Assembly (NCBI GenBank): GCA_034439475.1
Contig: JAWXAN010000034.1
Location: 14,340-78,339 of the forward strand
DNA length: 64,000 nt
Reading direction: 5' to 3'
From: Candidatus Zixiibacteriota bacterium
GTDB lineage: Bacteria > Zixibacteria > MSB-5A5 > GN15 > FEB-12
In this document: positions 46,675 through 56,802 of the stretch, in pieces
Position numbering within the stretch: the stretch's first letter is position 1
Layout: each line of letters starts with the position of its first letter
Notes under the pieces: model-generated
Told to the model about the DNA's origin: nothing
Seen by the model: only the letters and a program-made list of their open reading frames with translations
Database searches by the model: none
Translations under genes and position numbers: made by a program

Positions 46675-48113
46675 TATCCTATTGAACCTTCCATTTCGAG
46701 TTCTATGAGTCGGTTCAACTCCACTGCATACTCAAGCGGCAATTCCTTGGTGAAAGGTTCCATAAAGCCGTTCACAATCAACAGTCGCGCTCCATCTTCA
46801 GTCAAGCCGCGGCTAGTCAGATAGAAAAGTTGTTCTTCAGCTACTTTTGAAACTCGCGCTTCATGTTCGATTTTTACCTGGTCATTATCAATTTCCATCG
46901 TCGGATAGGTATCGCTTCGGGCGTCCCGGCCAATCAATAGCGCGTCGCATTCGACCGAGACTTTGGAGTTAGTCGCGCCTTTGTGGACTTTGACAAGCCC
47001 GCGATACGACGCCCGTCCGTTGTCTTTCGAAATAGATTTTGATGTAATCCGAGAGGATGTATTAGGCGCGACATGGATAACTTTTGCGCCAGCATCCTGA
47101 TGCTGATCGACTCCGGCAAATGCGACCGAGAGGATTTCCCCTTTGGCGCCTTCGCCGAGAAGTTGAATGCAGGGGAATTTCATCGTCAAACGCGAGCCGA
47201 GGTTTCCATCGACCCATTCGACAGTTGAATTTTTGTACGCATTAGCGCGTTTGGTCACCAAGTTATAAATATTGCGCGACCAGTTCTGAATGGTCGTGTA
47301 GCGAATATAAGATTCATCCATAGCCACCATCTCGACAACCGCGGAGTGCAACGATTCGGTCGAATAGACTGGCGCAGTGCATCCTTCAATATAGTGTACC
47401 CGTGCACCTTTATCGGCGATGATGAGTGTCCGTTCAAATTGTCCCATATTCTCAGCATTGATACGGAAATAGGCCTGCAATGGCGCAGTGACATTCACAC
47501 CCTGCGGGACATAAATAAACGACCCGCCCGACCAGACAGCCGTATTGAGCGCGGCAAATTTGTTATCAGATGCGGGAATTACAGTGCCGAAATATTGCCG
47601 CACGATCTCCGGGTATTCGCGAAGTCCGGTATCCATATCTAAAAAGACCACGCCGAGTTTTACCAAATCCTCGCGAAGCGAATGATAGACCACCTCGGAT
47701 TCATACTGCGCTGAAACACCGCCTAAAAAGTTCTTTTCGGCCTCGGGTATACCGAGCTTGTCAAAAGTTTTGCGGATATATTCGGGGACATCATCCCAGC
47801 TTTTCTGAGTGTTTTCGATAGGCTTCATGAAATAGTAGATGTTGTCAAATTTTATTTCATTCAAAAGCGCGCTGTCGCCCCAAGTCGGCATCGGTTTCTG
47901 CAAAAAGATTTCAAAGGCCTCGTGGCGGATTTCGTTCATCCACTTCGGCTCTTTTTTCATGCGCGAAATCATCTCAACGACTTCGTGATTTACGCCGCGC
48001 ACGCCTTTATGAAAATAATCGACTGGATCATGAAAACCATACTTGGCAGTATAATCCGCCCCGATTGTCGATAGATCTCTCTTTTGTTGTTCTACAACTC
48101 CTGCATTAGACAT
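46674..48113 (-). CDS. sufB: Fe-S cluster assembly protein SufB
   Basis: The sequence is highly conserved, with SufB blocks 'GGSFIYVP', 'HYIEGCTAP' and 'LFYLTSRGL'. Confidence 0.95.
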   Translation of the reverse strand: MSNAGVVEQQKRDLSTIGADYTAKYGFHDPVDYFHKGVRGVNHEVVEMISRMKKEPKWMNEIRHEAFEIFLQKPMPTWGDSALLNEIKFDNIYYFMKPIENTQKSWDDVPEYIRKTFDKLGIPEAEKNFLGGVSAQYESEVVYHSLREDLVKLGVVFLDMDTGLREYPEIVRQYFGTVIPASDNKFAALNTAVWSGGSFIYVPQGVNVTAPLQAYFRINAENMGQFERTLIIADKGARVHYIEGCTAPVYSTESLHSAVVEMVAMDESYIRYTTIQNWSRNIYNLVTKRANAYKNSTVEWVDGNLGSRLTMKFPCIQLLGEGAKGEILSVAFAGVDQHQDAGAKVIHVAPNTSSRITSKSISKDNGRASYRGLVKVHKGATNSKVSVECDALLIGRDARSDTYPTMEIDNDQVKIEHEARVSKVAEEQLFYLTSRGLTEDGARLLIVNGFMEPFTKELPLEYAVELNRLIELEMEGSIG

Positions 48114-48886
48114 TAAAGTACTCCTACTTTCTGGCCGAGTGATTCCTCGATCCAGTTATATCCCTGATCTTCTAGTTTGAGGGCCAGTTCCGTGCCCCCG
48201 GATTTGACTAATTTTCCATCCATCATAACATGCACAAAGTCCGGTTTGACATAATCCAGCAAACGCTGATAGTGCGTCACCAGAAGGATCGCGTTATCTT
48301 TCGTGTGGAATCTGTTTATCCCCTGCGCGACAGTCTTGAGCGCGTCGATATCGAGGCCCGAATCGGTTTCATCCAGAATCGCCATTTTTGGATTGAGCAC
48401 CGCCATCTGAAGAATCTCAATTCGTTTCTTCTCACCACCTGAGAAACCATCATTTAAGTACCTCGCGGCAAACTGCTGGTCAATCTGCAAATCGGCCATG
48501 TGGCCCTTGAGCAGTTTGCGGTAATCAGACATATCGGCCTCTTTCCCTCGATGGGCAATCAATGCCGTGCGGAGAAAGTTTGCGACGGTAACTCCCGGTA
48601 TCGCCAAGGGATACTGAAAAGCGAGGAAAAGCCCGGCGCGTGAACGCTCATCGGCCTCAAGCTCATTTATCTCGGCTCCATCAAGCACGGCCTTTCCGAC
48701 TGTTATTTGGTAGGCCGGATGACCCATGAGAGCATTTGACAGTGATGATTTTCCACTGCCGTTGGGACCCATGATGGCATGAATTTCCCCTTTATTTATT
48801 CTAAGCGAAGCCCCTTTTACGACTTCCTTACCCTCAACTTCAACATGAATGTCCTTGAATTCAAACAAGACTTGTTTGTCTGACAT
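48113..48886 (-). CDS. sufC: Fe-S cluster assembly ATPase SufC
   Basis: Walker A 'GPNGSGKS', the signature 'FSGGEKKR' and Walker B '[11 protein letters not shown]' are present. Confidence 0.95.
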   Translation of the reverse strand: MSDKQVLFEFKDIHVEVEGKEVVKGASLRINKGEIHAIMGPNGSGKSSLSNALMGHPAYQITVGKAVLDGAEINELEADERSRAGLFLAFQYPLAIPGVTVANFLRTALIAHRGKEADMSDYRKLLKGHMADLQIDQQFAARYLNDGFSGGEKKRIEILQMAVLNPKMAILDETDSGLDIDALKTVAQGINRFHTKDNAILLVTHYQRLLDYVKPDFVHVMMDGKLVKSGGTELALKLEDQGYNWIEESLGQKVGVL

Positions 48887-48950
48887 AAGTAATCCTCTTC
48901 AATCTATATTTAATCAAATATTTCTTTTTATCGCAACACAATGACTTCAA

Positions 48951-49430
48951 TTATTTTCTGGCCTCCAGTCCCAAGGTTGTCGCTGTCACTACTTTTCGCT
49001 TCAGCGAGGCAAGGGTATCGCGGTTTATCAAATCTTCGATTGTCGTTCCAATCAAAAAATCCTTAAGATATCCAGCCAAGCCGACAAGCACAGGATGGAT
49101 CGAGCAGTCGCCGATATGTACGCAGGTATAGCCAAGTCCCGAATAACGTGTGCAGTGGTTGGGGTCTAAGAGCGGCCCGCCGAGCGTGGTTAGAACTTCG
49201 AACAATGTAATTTCGCTGGGATGGCGGGCAATGGTGAACCCGCCTGTTCTGCCACGTACTGCTACCACCAAATTGGCCTTTCGTAAAAGCGAGAGAAGTT
49301 TCGATGCATAGGGCACTGAGATTCCTTCTCGCTCGGCTATATCAGCAATAGAAAGCTGCGAATATGCCCCCTCTTTTGCCAGACTTAGGAGGCATCGCAA
49401 TCCAAATTCTTCGACAGCTGTTATTCTCAT
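48951..49430 (-). CDS. Rrf2-family transcriptional regulator (IscR/SufR-like), first gene of suf operon
   Basis: It has an N-terminal wHTH ('AEREGISVPYASKLLSLLRKANLVVAVRGRTGGF') and C-terminal Cys residues (C..C.....C) compatible with cluster ligation. Confidence 0.88.
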   Translation of the reverse strand: MRITAVEEFGLRCLLSLAKEGAYSQLSIADIAEREGISVPYASKLLSLLRKANLVVAVRGRTGGFTIARHPSEITLFEVLTTLGGPLLDPNHCTRYSGLGYTCVHIGDCSIHPVLVGLAGYLKDFLIGTTIEDLINRDTLASLKRKVVTATTLGLEARK

Positions 49431-49449
49431 AAACTTATCTCGTCCAAAA

Positions 49450-49484
49450 AATTAGTACCCAAAAAAGTAATCAACGTGCTAATT
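49450..49484. promoter_or_regulatory. imperfect inverted repeat upstream of the Rrf2/suf operon (candidate operator)
   Basis: AATTAGTAC (49450-49458) and GTGCTAATT (49476-49484): 9-bp arms with one mismatch and a 17-nt spacer. It lies 20 nt upstream of the regulator's start codon. Confidence 0.3.
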
Positions 49485-49796
49485 ATTTAATAAACTATTA
49501 AATCTATACAGTTTTGTAAAGATTTAATTTAGCTTTTTTAACATTAATGGCTGTGATTCAGTTCCATGCAGTTGCTCCTAAATCAAAGATATGGCAAGAA
49601 TTGACCGTTGATATTCACCAAACACGCCGAAAACTACTGATTGTCAATGAGTTAAGCGGACAATATGGAGTTGAGAGTCTTTCCTTGACTCAGACCATTA
49701 AACAGGATTACTTTCAGTATCGAAGCAAGAGAACATGAAGGTGCGATCCTTCTTTAAGTGGCTTTGAGCATCAAAAGTTAGACGAGGTTAAAATCA

Positions 49797-50876
49797 GTGG
49801 TCTACGGTGTCATAATGGCAGGCGGAAAAGGGGAACGTTTTTGGCCTCTTTCGAGGGCTGAGCGTCCTAAACAATTTCTTGCCCTTACATCAGACAAAAC
49901 AATGCTTGTCGAGACTATCGAACGAGTTCGTCCACTCATCCCGGAAGACAATATCCGAATAGTCACCGGCCAATCGATGACCCGGCTGATTCTTGACAAC
50001 AATTCGAATCTTTCGAATAAACATATTTTAACCGAGCCAATCGGACGCAACACTTGTCTTGCGATCGGCTTGGCCGCTATTCATCTGATTCAAACCGACC
50101 CAAAAGCTGTTATGGTAGTGCTCTCAGCTGACCATTTGATCCGACCCGCAGAAAAGCTACTTGATATTCTTACTGATAGCGCAGCGCTGGCTCAGGCTGA
50201 AGACAAACTCATTACGATCGGAATTGTCCCGACACGACCCGAGACGGGTTACGGCTATATCAGGCTTGGCGAGCTCTATAAGAATCAGGGCGATTCGGTT
50301 ATCTATCAGGTTGCGGCTTTTGTAGAAAAACCCAAAGCCCCTCTGGCTCAGGAATACTATTTCAGCAGAAAGTACCTATGGAATAGCGGAATGTTCATCT
50401 GGTCAGCCAACTCGATCCTGAACGCAATCAACCAGTGCCAACCGGAGATAGGAAACCTTCTTTCAACATACGCCAAACATGTCGGAACTCCGAATGAAGA
50501 GCAGGCGCGAACTGAGCTATATGACAAGACGATGTCCATATCTATTGATTATGCAGTTTTGGAAAAGGCTAATAATGTGGTAGTTATGAAGGCCGATATT
50601 ATCTGGGATGATATCGGCTCATGGACTGCTCTTGAGCGCTACAAAGATCAGGATTCAGACAACAATGTCTTGATCGGCGAGACAGCAACTGTCGAAACGT
50701 ATGAGACAACGGTATATAATGACGAAGAAGGAATAGTGGCCACTCTTGGTGTTTCCGATTTGGTCGTCGTACGATCGGCAAACATAACCTTGGTGGCTCA
50801 CAAAACCAAAATTGGCCAAATCAAAGAGCTTCTGGCTAAGCTGAACGCCGATGAAAAAACACGATCTTATTTATAA
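49797..50876 (+). CDS. manC: mannose-1-phosphate guanylyltransferase
   Basis: GTG start. The nucleotidyltransferase motif 'IMAGGKGERFWPLSR' is present, along with 'EPIGRNT' and 'FVEKP'. Confidence 0.88.
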   Translation: MVYGVIMAGGKGERFWPLSRAERPKQFLALTSDKTMLVETIERVRPLIPEDNIRIVTGQSMTRLILDNNSNLSNKHILTEPIGRNTCLAIGLAAIHLIQTDPKAVMVVLSADHLIRPAEKLLDILTDSAALAQAEDKLITIGIVPTRPETGYGYIRLGELYKNQGDSVIYQVAAFVEKPKAPLAQEYYFSRKYLWNSGMFIWSANSILNAINQCQPEIGNLLSTYAKHVGTPNEEQARTELYDKTMSISIDYAVLEKANNVVVMKADIIWDDIGSWTALERYKDQDSDNNVLIGETATVETYETTVYNDEEGIVATLGVSDLVVVRSANITLVAHKTKIGQIKELLAKLNADEKTRSYL

Positions 50877-51468
50877 AGCGCGGCGTTCATTTGCCTTGTC
50901 TGCTTTGTGCTTTGCGCTCTGCGCTGCAACGCCACTTACGCTTTCTGCCGATGAAAATGCTTCCAGAAAAGACAAGCGCGGGTATGACCCATTGGAGCTT
51001 CCTCAAGACAAACGAATCGTCCCCGTGAAGCAGAAAATATCAAAGACAGATACTCCTCTATCTACTTTTATAGCAAAGCCTTCGACGCTTTCTACTGATA
51101 CCGCTGTTAAACCGGATGTCTCCACAAAGGGAGATAGTTTAAAAAGCCAAGTCTTTCGCGTACAGTTGCTGACGAGCGAATTGTTCAGCGAAGCCCGAAA
51201 GGCGGCCCTCGTTGCCGAAGAAATATTTGACCAGCCTGTTTATACTGATTACGAGGTCCCCAATTTCAAAGTCCGTGTTGGAAACTTTGAATCCCGTGCC
51301 CAAGCCGAGTCATATCAACAAAAAGCAAAAGGGGCAGGTTACGCGAATGCCTGGGTTGTCCCAGTAACTACCGGAGTTAAACAAGCGGCTCGTCTCTATC
51401 AAGATTCTATGAAACTCTACGATTCGCTTTCAGTTCGAGATTCGTCGGGAACGAATGATGGCCGCTGA
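50851..51468 (+). CDS. SPOR domain-containing protein
   Basis: It has a signal peptide, a low-complexity linker, and a C-terminal 'FRVQLLTS....A......Y..PNFKVRVGNFESRAQAE....K..GY..AWVV' SPOR fold pattern. Confidence 0.75.
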   Translation: MKKHDLIYKARRSFALSALCFALCAATPLTLSADENASRKDKRGYDPLELPQDKRIVPVKQKISKTDTPLSTFIAKPSTLSTDTAVKPDVSTKGDSLKSQVFRVQLLTSELFSEARKAALVAEEIFDQPVYTDYEVPNFKVRVGNFESRAQAESYQQKAKGAGYANAWVVPVTTGVKQAARLYQDSMKLYDSLSVRDSSGTNDGR

Positions 51469-52102
51469 CATTATAGAGGTGATAGGGAATAAAATTACGC
51501 CGGAGGTCATAAAGCAAATCTGCATGATATTGCAAAATCACGGCCTTGTTGTTGCGCCTACAGAAACACGTTACGGTCTTCTTATTCGAGCTGACCGAAA
51601 AGAGACATTGAAGAAACTGTTTGAATTAAAGAAACGCCCCATGACTTCTCCTACAGCCATTTTTGTTAAAAATAAAGCAGATCTTTTTGAATACGGCGAG
51701 CAGTCGGATTCGGCTTCTATTTTGGCGGAAAAATTCCTGCCGGGGCCACTGACTATGATTCTCAAAGCCAAGGCCCCAATTGAACCTGAAATCCTGAAAG
51801 ATGGAAAGATCGGACTTCGATTGTCTTCGTCTCCGATTATTCAGTCAATTATGGATGGTGTTAATTTTCCGGTGAGCGCGACATCGGCCAATAGAACCGG
51901 AAGCCCCGACCATAGCACAATCGTTGAAATTCGAGCCGAACTTGGAGACGAAGTCGATCTCTACCTTGATGGCGGCGCACTGACTGGTAAAACATCAACC
52001 GTGGTCGATTGCAGTGTCAACCCTCCGGTTGTTTTGCGCGAAGGAGCCATTGCATCATCGTTGATTTATTCCCATCTTAAATTGGGAAAGTATCATGGCT
52101 AA
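51455..52102 (+). CDS. tsaC: L-threonylcarbamoyladenylate synthase (TsaC/YrdC/Sua5 family)
   Basis: Contains 'VVAPTETRYGL', 'KKRPMTSP', 'PGPLTMIL' and 'SATSANRTGSP'. Confidence 0.88.
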   Translation: MMAADIIEVIGNKITPEVIKQICMILQNHGLVVAPTETRYGLLIRADRKETLKKLFELKKRPMTSPTAIFVKNKADLFEYGEQSDSASILAEKFLPGPLTMILKAKAPIEPEILKDGKIGLRLSSSPIIQSIMDGVNFPVSATSANRTGSPDHSTIVEIRAELGDEVDLYLDGGALTGKTSTVVDCSVNPPVVLREGAIASSLIYSHLKLGKYHG

Positions 52103-52589
52103 AAAGTATACGATTATGTTCGTCTGTACCGGTAACACCTGCCGCTCCCCTATGGCTGCAGGAGCGCTTCAGGTGCTGCTTAACAAAAAACGTCAGGGAA
52201 AATTCAGTGTTATCTCTTCCGGCATTTCTGCATCCTATAAATCTCCAGCTACGCGTTTCGCGAGCGAAGTGGTCAAAATGTGGGATGCTGATATTTCCGA
52301 CCATGAGTCGCAATTGCTAACAGCAGACCTGATCGAGAGATCCGATCTTATTTTAGCAATGGCGCCTGAGCATTACAAGGAAATTTTGCGTCTCGATCCG
52401 GAAGCTGTCGATAAGGTTTTTCTCTTCAAAAATTTCCCTGATCAAAGTCCTGTCGGCGACGGTGTCGATGACCCTGTAGGGCAATCCCTCGACCGCTATA
52501 ATGAAACCTTTCTTGAAATAGGCGAATATCTCGGCAAAAACTTGGATGAGATTATTCGGCGAATTGATGGAGCCGTGCATGCGGTTTAA
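52095..52589 (+). CDS. low-molecular-weight protein phosphatase (arginine/tyrosine)
   Basis: The P-loop 'FVCTGNTCRSPMA' is present, with a downstream Asp in 'DDPVG'. Confidence 0.88.
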   Translation: MAKKYTIMFVCTGNTCRSPMAAGALQVLLNKKRQGKFSVISSGISASYKSPATRFASEVVKMWDADISDHESQLLTADLIERSDLILAMAPEHYKEILRLDPEAVDKVFLFKNFPDQSPVGDGVDDPVGQSLDRYNETFLEIGEYLGKNLDEIIRRIDGAVHAV

Positions 52590-53418
52590 ATTCAGCCTAA
52601 AAAAATCCATATCGTGGGTTCTTTTAGTTATTGCAATCAGCCCAGTCGTCTATCTTTTCTCAAGTCAGCTTGGTATTGCCGATCCGTCATCTGAAAGTGC
52701 GCCTTCAACTGGTGGGATGACTCTCGATACAAGATTTGTGGAAAATGTCGCCTTCGGTGTAGGCGAAAAGTTTACTTTCGATGTCAACTATGGGTTCATA
52801 AACGCCGGGACGGCGACGATGGAAGTAGCTTCGCTTGTCGAATTTGAAGAGCGTCCGTCGTATCAAATTGTCACCCGCGCAAATTCAAATGATTTCTTCT
52901 CCGGCATGTTCAAAGTAGATGATCGCGTTGAGTCGATAATGGATGCCGCAGGTTTGTTCAGTTGGCGGTTCGAAAAACGATTGCGCGAAGGCGGCTATTC
53001 CAATGACCGCGTATATGTCTTTGACCAACGCAATTTTACTGTCGATTATGAGGATAGCCTTTACACGCTTGAACCGTTCAGTCAGGACGCGCTGACATCG
53101 CTTTATTATGTTCGTACCCAGCCGCTTCAGGTTGGTAAATCGGTCTTCATGGACAGTTTCGTCGACGGAAAAATCCTTAAATTGGAAGTAAAAGTTGTCA
53201 AAAAAGAAAAGATAACAGTCGACGCCGGGACATTTAACTGTTTTGTCGTCGAGCCGCTGACTGCCGCGGTGGGAGTGTTTAAGAATGAAGGTAAAATCAC
53301 AATCTGGCTAACTGATGATTACTTGCGTATGCCAGTATTGATGAAATCGAAAGTTCTCATCGGCTCCATTTCAGCCGAACTGACCAAATATTCCCTCGGC
53401 GAAATCAGCGAGTTTTAA
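52579..53418 (+). CDS. DUF3108 domain-containing protein
   Basis: It has a signal or anchor sequence starting at the ATG at 52579. 'GEKFTFDVNYGFINAGTATMEV' and later beta-rich blocks are typical of DUF3108. Confidence 0.7.
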   Translation: MRFKFSLKKSISWVLLVIAISPVVYLFSSQLGIADPSSESAPSTGGMTLDTRFVENVAFGVGEKFTFDVNYGFINAGTATMEVASLVEFEERPSYQIVTRANSNDFFSGMFKVDDRVESIMDAAGLFSWRFEKRLREGGYSNDRVYVFDQRNFTVDYEDSLYTLEPFSQDALTSLYYVRTQPLQVGKSVFMDSFVDGKILKLEVKVVKKEKITVDAGTFNCFVVEPLTAAVGVFKNEGKITIWLTDDYLRMPVLMKSKVLIGSISAELTKYSLGEISEF

Positions 53419-53423
53419 CTTCA

Positions 53424-54386
53424 ATGATTCGCTCACACCGACGAATTGTACCCGCCGATCTGAGCCGAGTCAATCGTTATTCAGTCAAAAAACGAGAGAA
53501 CAAAACCGAAGTGAAGGCTTTCGCCCGACCGATGAAAGCCTCGGCTTCCGCCATTACTCTCCTCGAATCCCTTCCTCGATTCCTTAAAGCCGCAGATTTA
53601 CGCGAGTTCATGAATTTGGTGCTTGCCGCACGAAAGCAGGACAAACCGTTCCATCTTCTTTTAGGCGCCCATACCATAAAAGTCGGCCTATCACCGTTGC
53701 TTATTGATCTTATGGAAGAGGAACTTGTCACCGGATTTTCTTTCAACGGAGCTGGGTTGATACATGACCTTGAACTGGCCTTTTTTGGCGGGACATCTGA
53801 AGACGTTCAATCGGGCCTGAGCGATGGCAGTTTTGGTATGGTCAGAGAAACAGGCGAACTCTATGCGGCAGTTGTGGAATTGGCTTTCGACCACAAAATA
53901 GGTCTTGGCGAGGCCTGCGGTCAGTATATTAATCAGAAGAAGGCTCCGCATCGCAAGCAATCCATATTTTCAGCCGCCGAGCGATTAGGCCTGCCAGCGA
54001 CGGTCCATGTCGGAATCGGTACAGATATTGTCTCTCAGCACCCGGATTTCGATGCCGCGAAGGTGGGCGAGGCTTCACACCTTGATTTTCGTATCCTCGC
54101 CGCAATTTGTGCTGATATTGACAAAGGAGGCGTCGCCGCTAATATTGGGTCTGCTGTAATTCTGCCTGAGGTCTTTCTAAAAGCGTTAACGGTGGCAAGA
54201 AATCTAAACGGGGGCAAAAGTCGTCTGACGACCGCTAACTTTGATATGCTGGAGCACTACCGACCGCACATGAATATTGTCACCCGACCCACTTTCAATG
54301 CCGGCAAGGGATTCACATTTGTCGGTCATCATGAACTTTTCATCCCATTATTGGCCTGGAGCCTCAAAAGCCTGGCTCGAAAATAA
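53424..54386 (+). CDS. deoxyhypusine synthase-like family protein (putative)
   Basis: The block order resembles DHS as I recall it: 'LLLGAHTIKVGLSPLLIDLMEEELVTGFSFNGAGLIHDLE', 'VHVGIGTDIVSQH' and 'ELFIPLL'. Similarity was judged by eye only. Confidence 0.4.
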   Translation: MIRSHRRIVPADLSRVNRYSVKKRENKTEVKAFARPMKASASAITLLESLPRFLKAADLREFMNLVLAARKQDKPFHLLLGAHTIKVGLSPLLIDLMEEELVTGFSFNGAGLIHDLELAFFGGTSEDVQSGLSDGSFGMVRETGELYAAVVELAFDHKIGLGEACGQYINQKKAPHRKQSIFSAAERLGLPATVHVGIGTDIVSQHPDFDAAKVGEASHLDFRILAAICADIDKGGVAANIGSAVILPEVFLKALTVARNLNGGKSRLTTANFDMLEHYRPHMNIVTRPTFNAGKGFTFVGHHELFIPLLAWSLKSLARK

Positions 54387-54424
54387 TTTCTCCCTTTTCA
54401 GTACCCAAGGCATATCTTCCGCTT

Positions 54425-55957
54425 ATGGCAAAACTAATTGAATGCGTTCCTAATTTTTCTGAAGGACGAAGACCCGAAGTTGTGCAGGCCATTTGCGATG
54501 CCATAACCTCAATATCCGGCGTATCCCTGCTTGATAAAGAAATGGATCGAGACCATAACCGTTCGGTTGTCACTTTCGTTTGCCATCCAACCCAGCTGGT
54601 CGAAGCCGCATTCAGAGGCTACCAAAAGGCCTCAGAACTCATCGATATGAAAACCCATACTGGCGAACATCCTCGGATGGGCGCCTGCGACGTCTGCCCA
54701 TTTATTCCGCTGACAGACGTATCAATCGAGGAAGCTGTTGAACTTGCGAATACGCTGGCTAATCGCGTAGCAACCGAGCTTGCGATACCGGTCTATCTTT
54801 ACGAAGACGCCGCGACTTCAACCAAGCGAAAAAATCTTGCCAATATTCGGGTCGGAGAATACGAAGGGATTCGTGACAGCATCGCGACCGATCCTGAGCG
54901 CAAGCCGGATTATGGGCCAGCTCATATGAATCTGAAGTCCGGAGCTACGGCGATCGGTGTTCGATTGCCGCTTGTTGCTTTCAACGTCTATCTTGGCTGC
55001 AATGATATAACGGTCGCATCCAAAATAGCCGATGCTGTGCGAAGTCTGACCGGCGGTTTTCGTTTTGTCAAAGCGCTTGGCTTTGAAATTCAAGAGCGGA
55101 ACCAAGTTCAGATTTCAATGAATCTTGTCAATTATTCCAAAACCCCTATTTTCAGGGTTTTCGAGACAATAAAGAGCGAGGCCGCGCGATACGGCGTTGC
55201 GGTCACCTCATCCGAAATTATTGGTCTGGTCCCTCAGGATGCGATTATTGATGTTGCCGATTTCTATCTCCGTCTCGAGAAATTTTCACGGAACCAAATC
55301 CTCGAAGTGAAGCTGAGCGAGGTCGGCCACAAAACCGAGGCCGCTGTCGAAACTTTCTACGATGAAGTTGCTTCGGCATCCCCGGCTCCGGGCGGAGGTT
55401 CGGTTGCGGCTTCGGCTGGAGCGCTTTCTGCGGCCCTTACCGCAATGGTATGCCGACTGACCGTAGGAAAGAAAAACTACGCAACTGTCAAAGATGAATT
55501 GAGCGAAATCCGCGACAAAGCCGACAATCTTCGCGCCGAGCTTACTCGCCTAATCGACACTGACAAAGAAGCCTTTAATGCCGTTATGGCCGCCTTCAAA
55601 CTATCCAAAGCAAGCGACGAACAGTCCACCCACCGGGATAAGATGATCCAGGAAACTACCGCCGAGGCCGCTCGTGTGCCGCTGACAGTTATGAAGACAA
55701 CACTTGAAGTTCTCCGACTTGCATTGGTGGTCGCTCAAAAAGGAAATGAAAATTCAATTTCGGATGCGGGTGTAGCCGGACTGATGGGAAGGGCGGCAAT
55801 TACTGGAGCGGGGTACAATGTCCGTATTAATCTTGCCTCGCTTAAAGACAAAAATCTGGTCGCTTCGCTTCGCAAGGAATGGAAAACCGCGCAAGACTAC
55901 GGCGAACAACTTGCTTCCCAAATCCAATCAGTAGTGGAAAGTAAGTTAAGTAGATGA
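54425..55957 (+). CDS. ftcD: bifunctional glutamate formimidoyltransferase / formimidoyltetrahydrofolate cyclodeaminase
   Basis: The N-terminus 'KLIECVPNFSEGRR' is the formiminotransferase hallmark. The C-terminal ~190 aa is a helical cyclodeaminase-like domain ('PAPGGGSVAA..GALSAAL..MV'). Confidence 0.85.
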   Translation: MAKLIECVPNFSEGRRPEVVQAICDAITSISGVSLLDKEMDRDHNRSVVTFVCHPTQLVEAAFRGYQKASELIDMKTHTGEHPRMGACDVCPFIPLTDVSIEEAVELANTLANRVATELAIPVYLYEDAATSTKRKNLANIRVGEYEGIRDSIATDPERKPDYGPAHMNLKSGATAIGVRLPLVAFNVYLGCNDITVASKIADAVRSLTGGFRFVKALGFEIQERNQVQISMNLVNYSKTPIFRVFETIKSEAARYGVAVTSSEIIGLVPQDAIIDVADFYLRLEKFSRNQILEVKLSEVGHKTEAAVETFYDEVASASPAPGGGSVAASAGALSAALTAMVCRLTVGKKNYATVKDELSEIRDKADNLRAELTRLIDTDKEAFNAVMAAFKLSKASDEQSTHRDKMIQETTAEAARVPLTVMKTTLEVLRLALVVAQKGNENSISDAGVAGLMGRAAITGAGYNVRINLASLKDKNLVASLRKEWKTAQDYGEQLASQIQSVVESKLSR

Positions 55958-56802
55958 CCAAATATGTCGATTTGCATATGCACACCAGTTGTTCCGATGG
56001 ATTGTACTCCGCACAAAAATTGCTCGACATAGTAAGAACAAAAAATCTTGATGCCTTTGCTGTGACCGACCATGACACAATTGAAGGGTATCGACAAATG
56101 AGTCCGCTGTTAACTGGAAGTGACCCGGAATTGGTGCCGGGCGTCGAACTGTCAGTAAATGTGGATGGTGATGATATGCATATGCTGGCCTACCTCTTTG
56201 ACCCTGAACACCCGAGGCTTACTGATGCTCTGGAAGAATTCAAAGAAAAGCGAAGTACGCGGGGTTTCAATATGGTGAAAAAACTTCAGAAGCTGGGCTT
56301 ACAGATTACTTTCGAGGACGTATTGCGTATTGCCGACGGAGCTGTTATCGGCAGACCGCATATTGCTGAAACGCTCCTGCAGATGAGACAAGTCTCAACG
56401 ATGGAAGAAGCCTTCAGGAAATATATCGGCTTCGACGGTCCAGGCTATGAAGCCAAAGCGTCGTGGATACCGCGCAAGGCGATTGACTTGGTTCACGAAG
56501 CCGGGGGTGTCGCTGTCATGGCCCATGCTGGAATTGCTGAAATGCACCGTCATATCCCGCACCTTGCGCCGCTTGGCCTTGATGGAATTGAAGTTTTTCA
56601 TTATGCTCATTCGACAGTGATGATTACGCAACTGCTGGGACTTGCTGAAACATATAGTATGATTATCACGGGAGGGTCGGACTTTCATGGTCGTTCGGGA
56701 CGAGAGGTACCAATTGGAGCCCTTAAAGTGCCGATAGACTGTCTTGAAAACCTTAAGCGGCGGGTGGAAAGTTTCGCCGGTGATCATGGGAGTGCCCATT
56801 GA
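55954..56802 (+). CDS. PHP domain-containing phosphoesterase (TrpH/YciV-like)
   Basis: Contains 'VDLHMHTSCSDG', 'AVTDHDT' and 'AHAGI..GLDGIEVFH..GGSDFHG'. Confidence 0.85.
   Translation: MTKYVDLHMHTSCSDGLYSAQKLLDIVRTKNLDAFAVTDHDTIEGYRQMSPLLTGSDPELVPGVELSVNVDGDDMHMLAYLFDPEHPRLTDALEEFKEKRSTRGFNMVKKLQKLGLQITFEDVLRIADGAVIGRPHIAETLLQMRQVSTMEEAFRKYIGFDGPGYEAKASWIPRKAIDLVHEAGGVAVMAHAGIAEMHRHIPHLAPLGLDGIEVFHYAHSTVMITQLLGLAETYSMIITGGSDFHGRSGREVPIGALKVPIDCLENLKRRVESFAGDHGSAH

Noticed and set aside
49547-49738. 63-aa ORF in the suf/manC divergent intergenic region
   Set aside because: It lies in an AT-rich promoter region with no SD and no recognisable product. It most likely marks 5' UTR or promoter sequence of manC.
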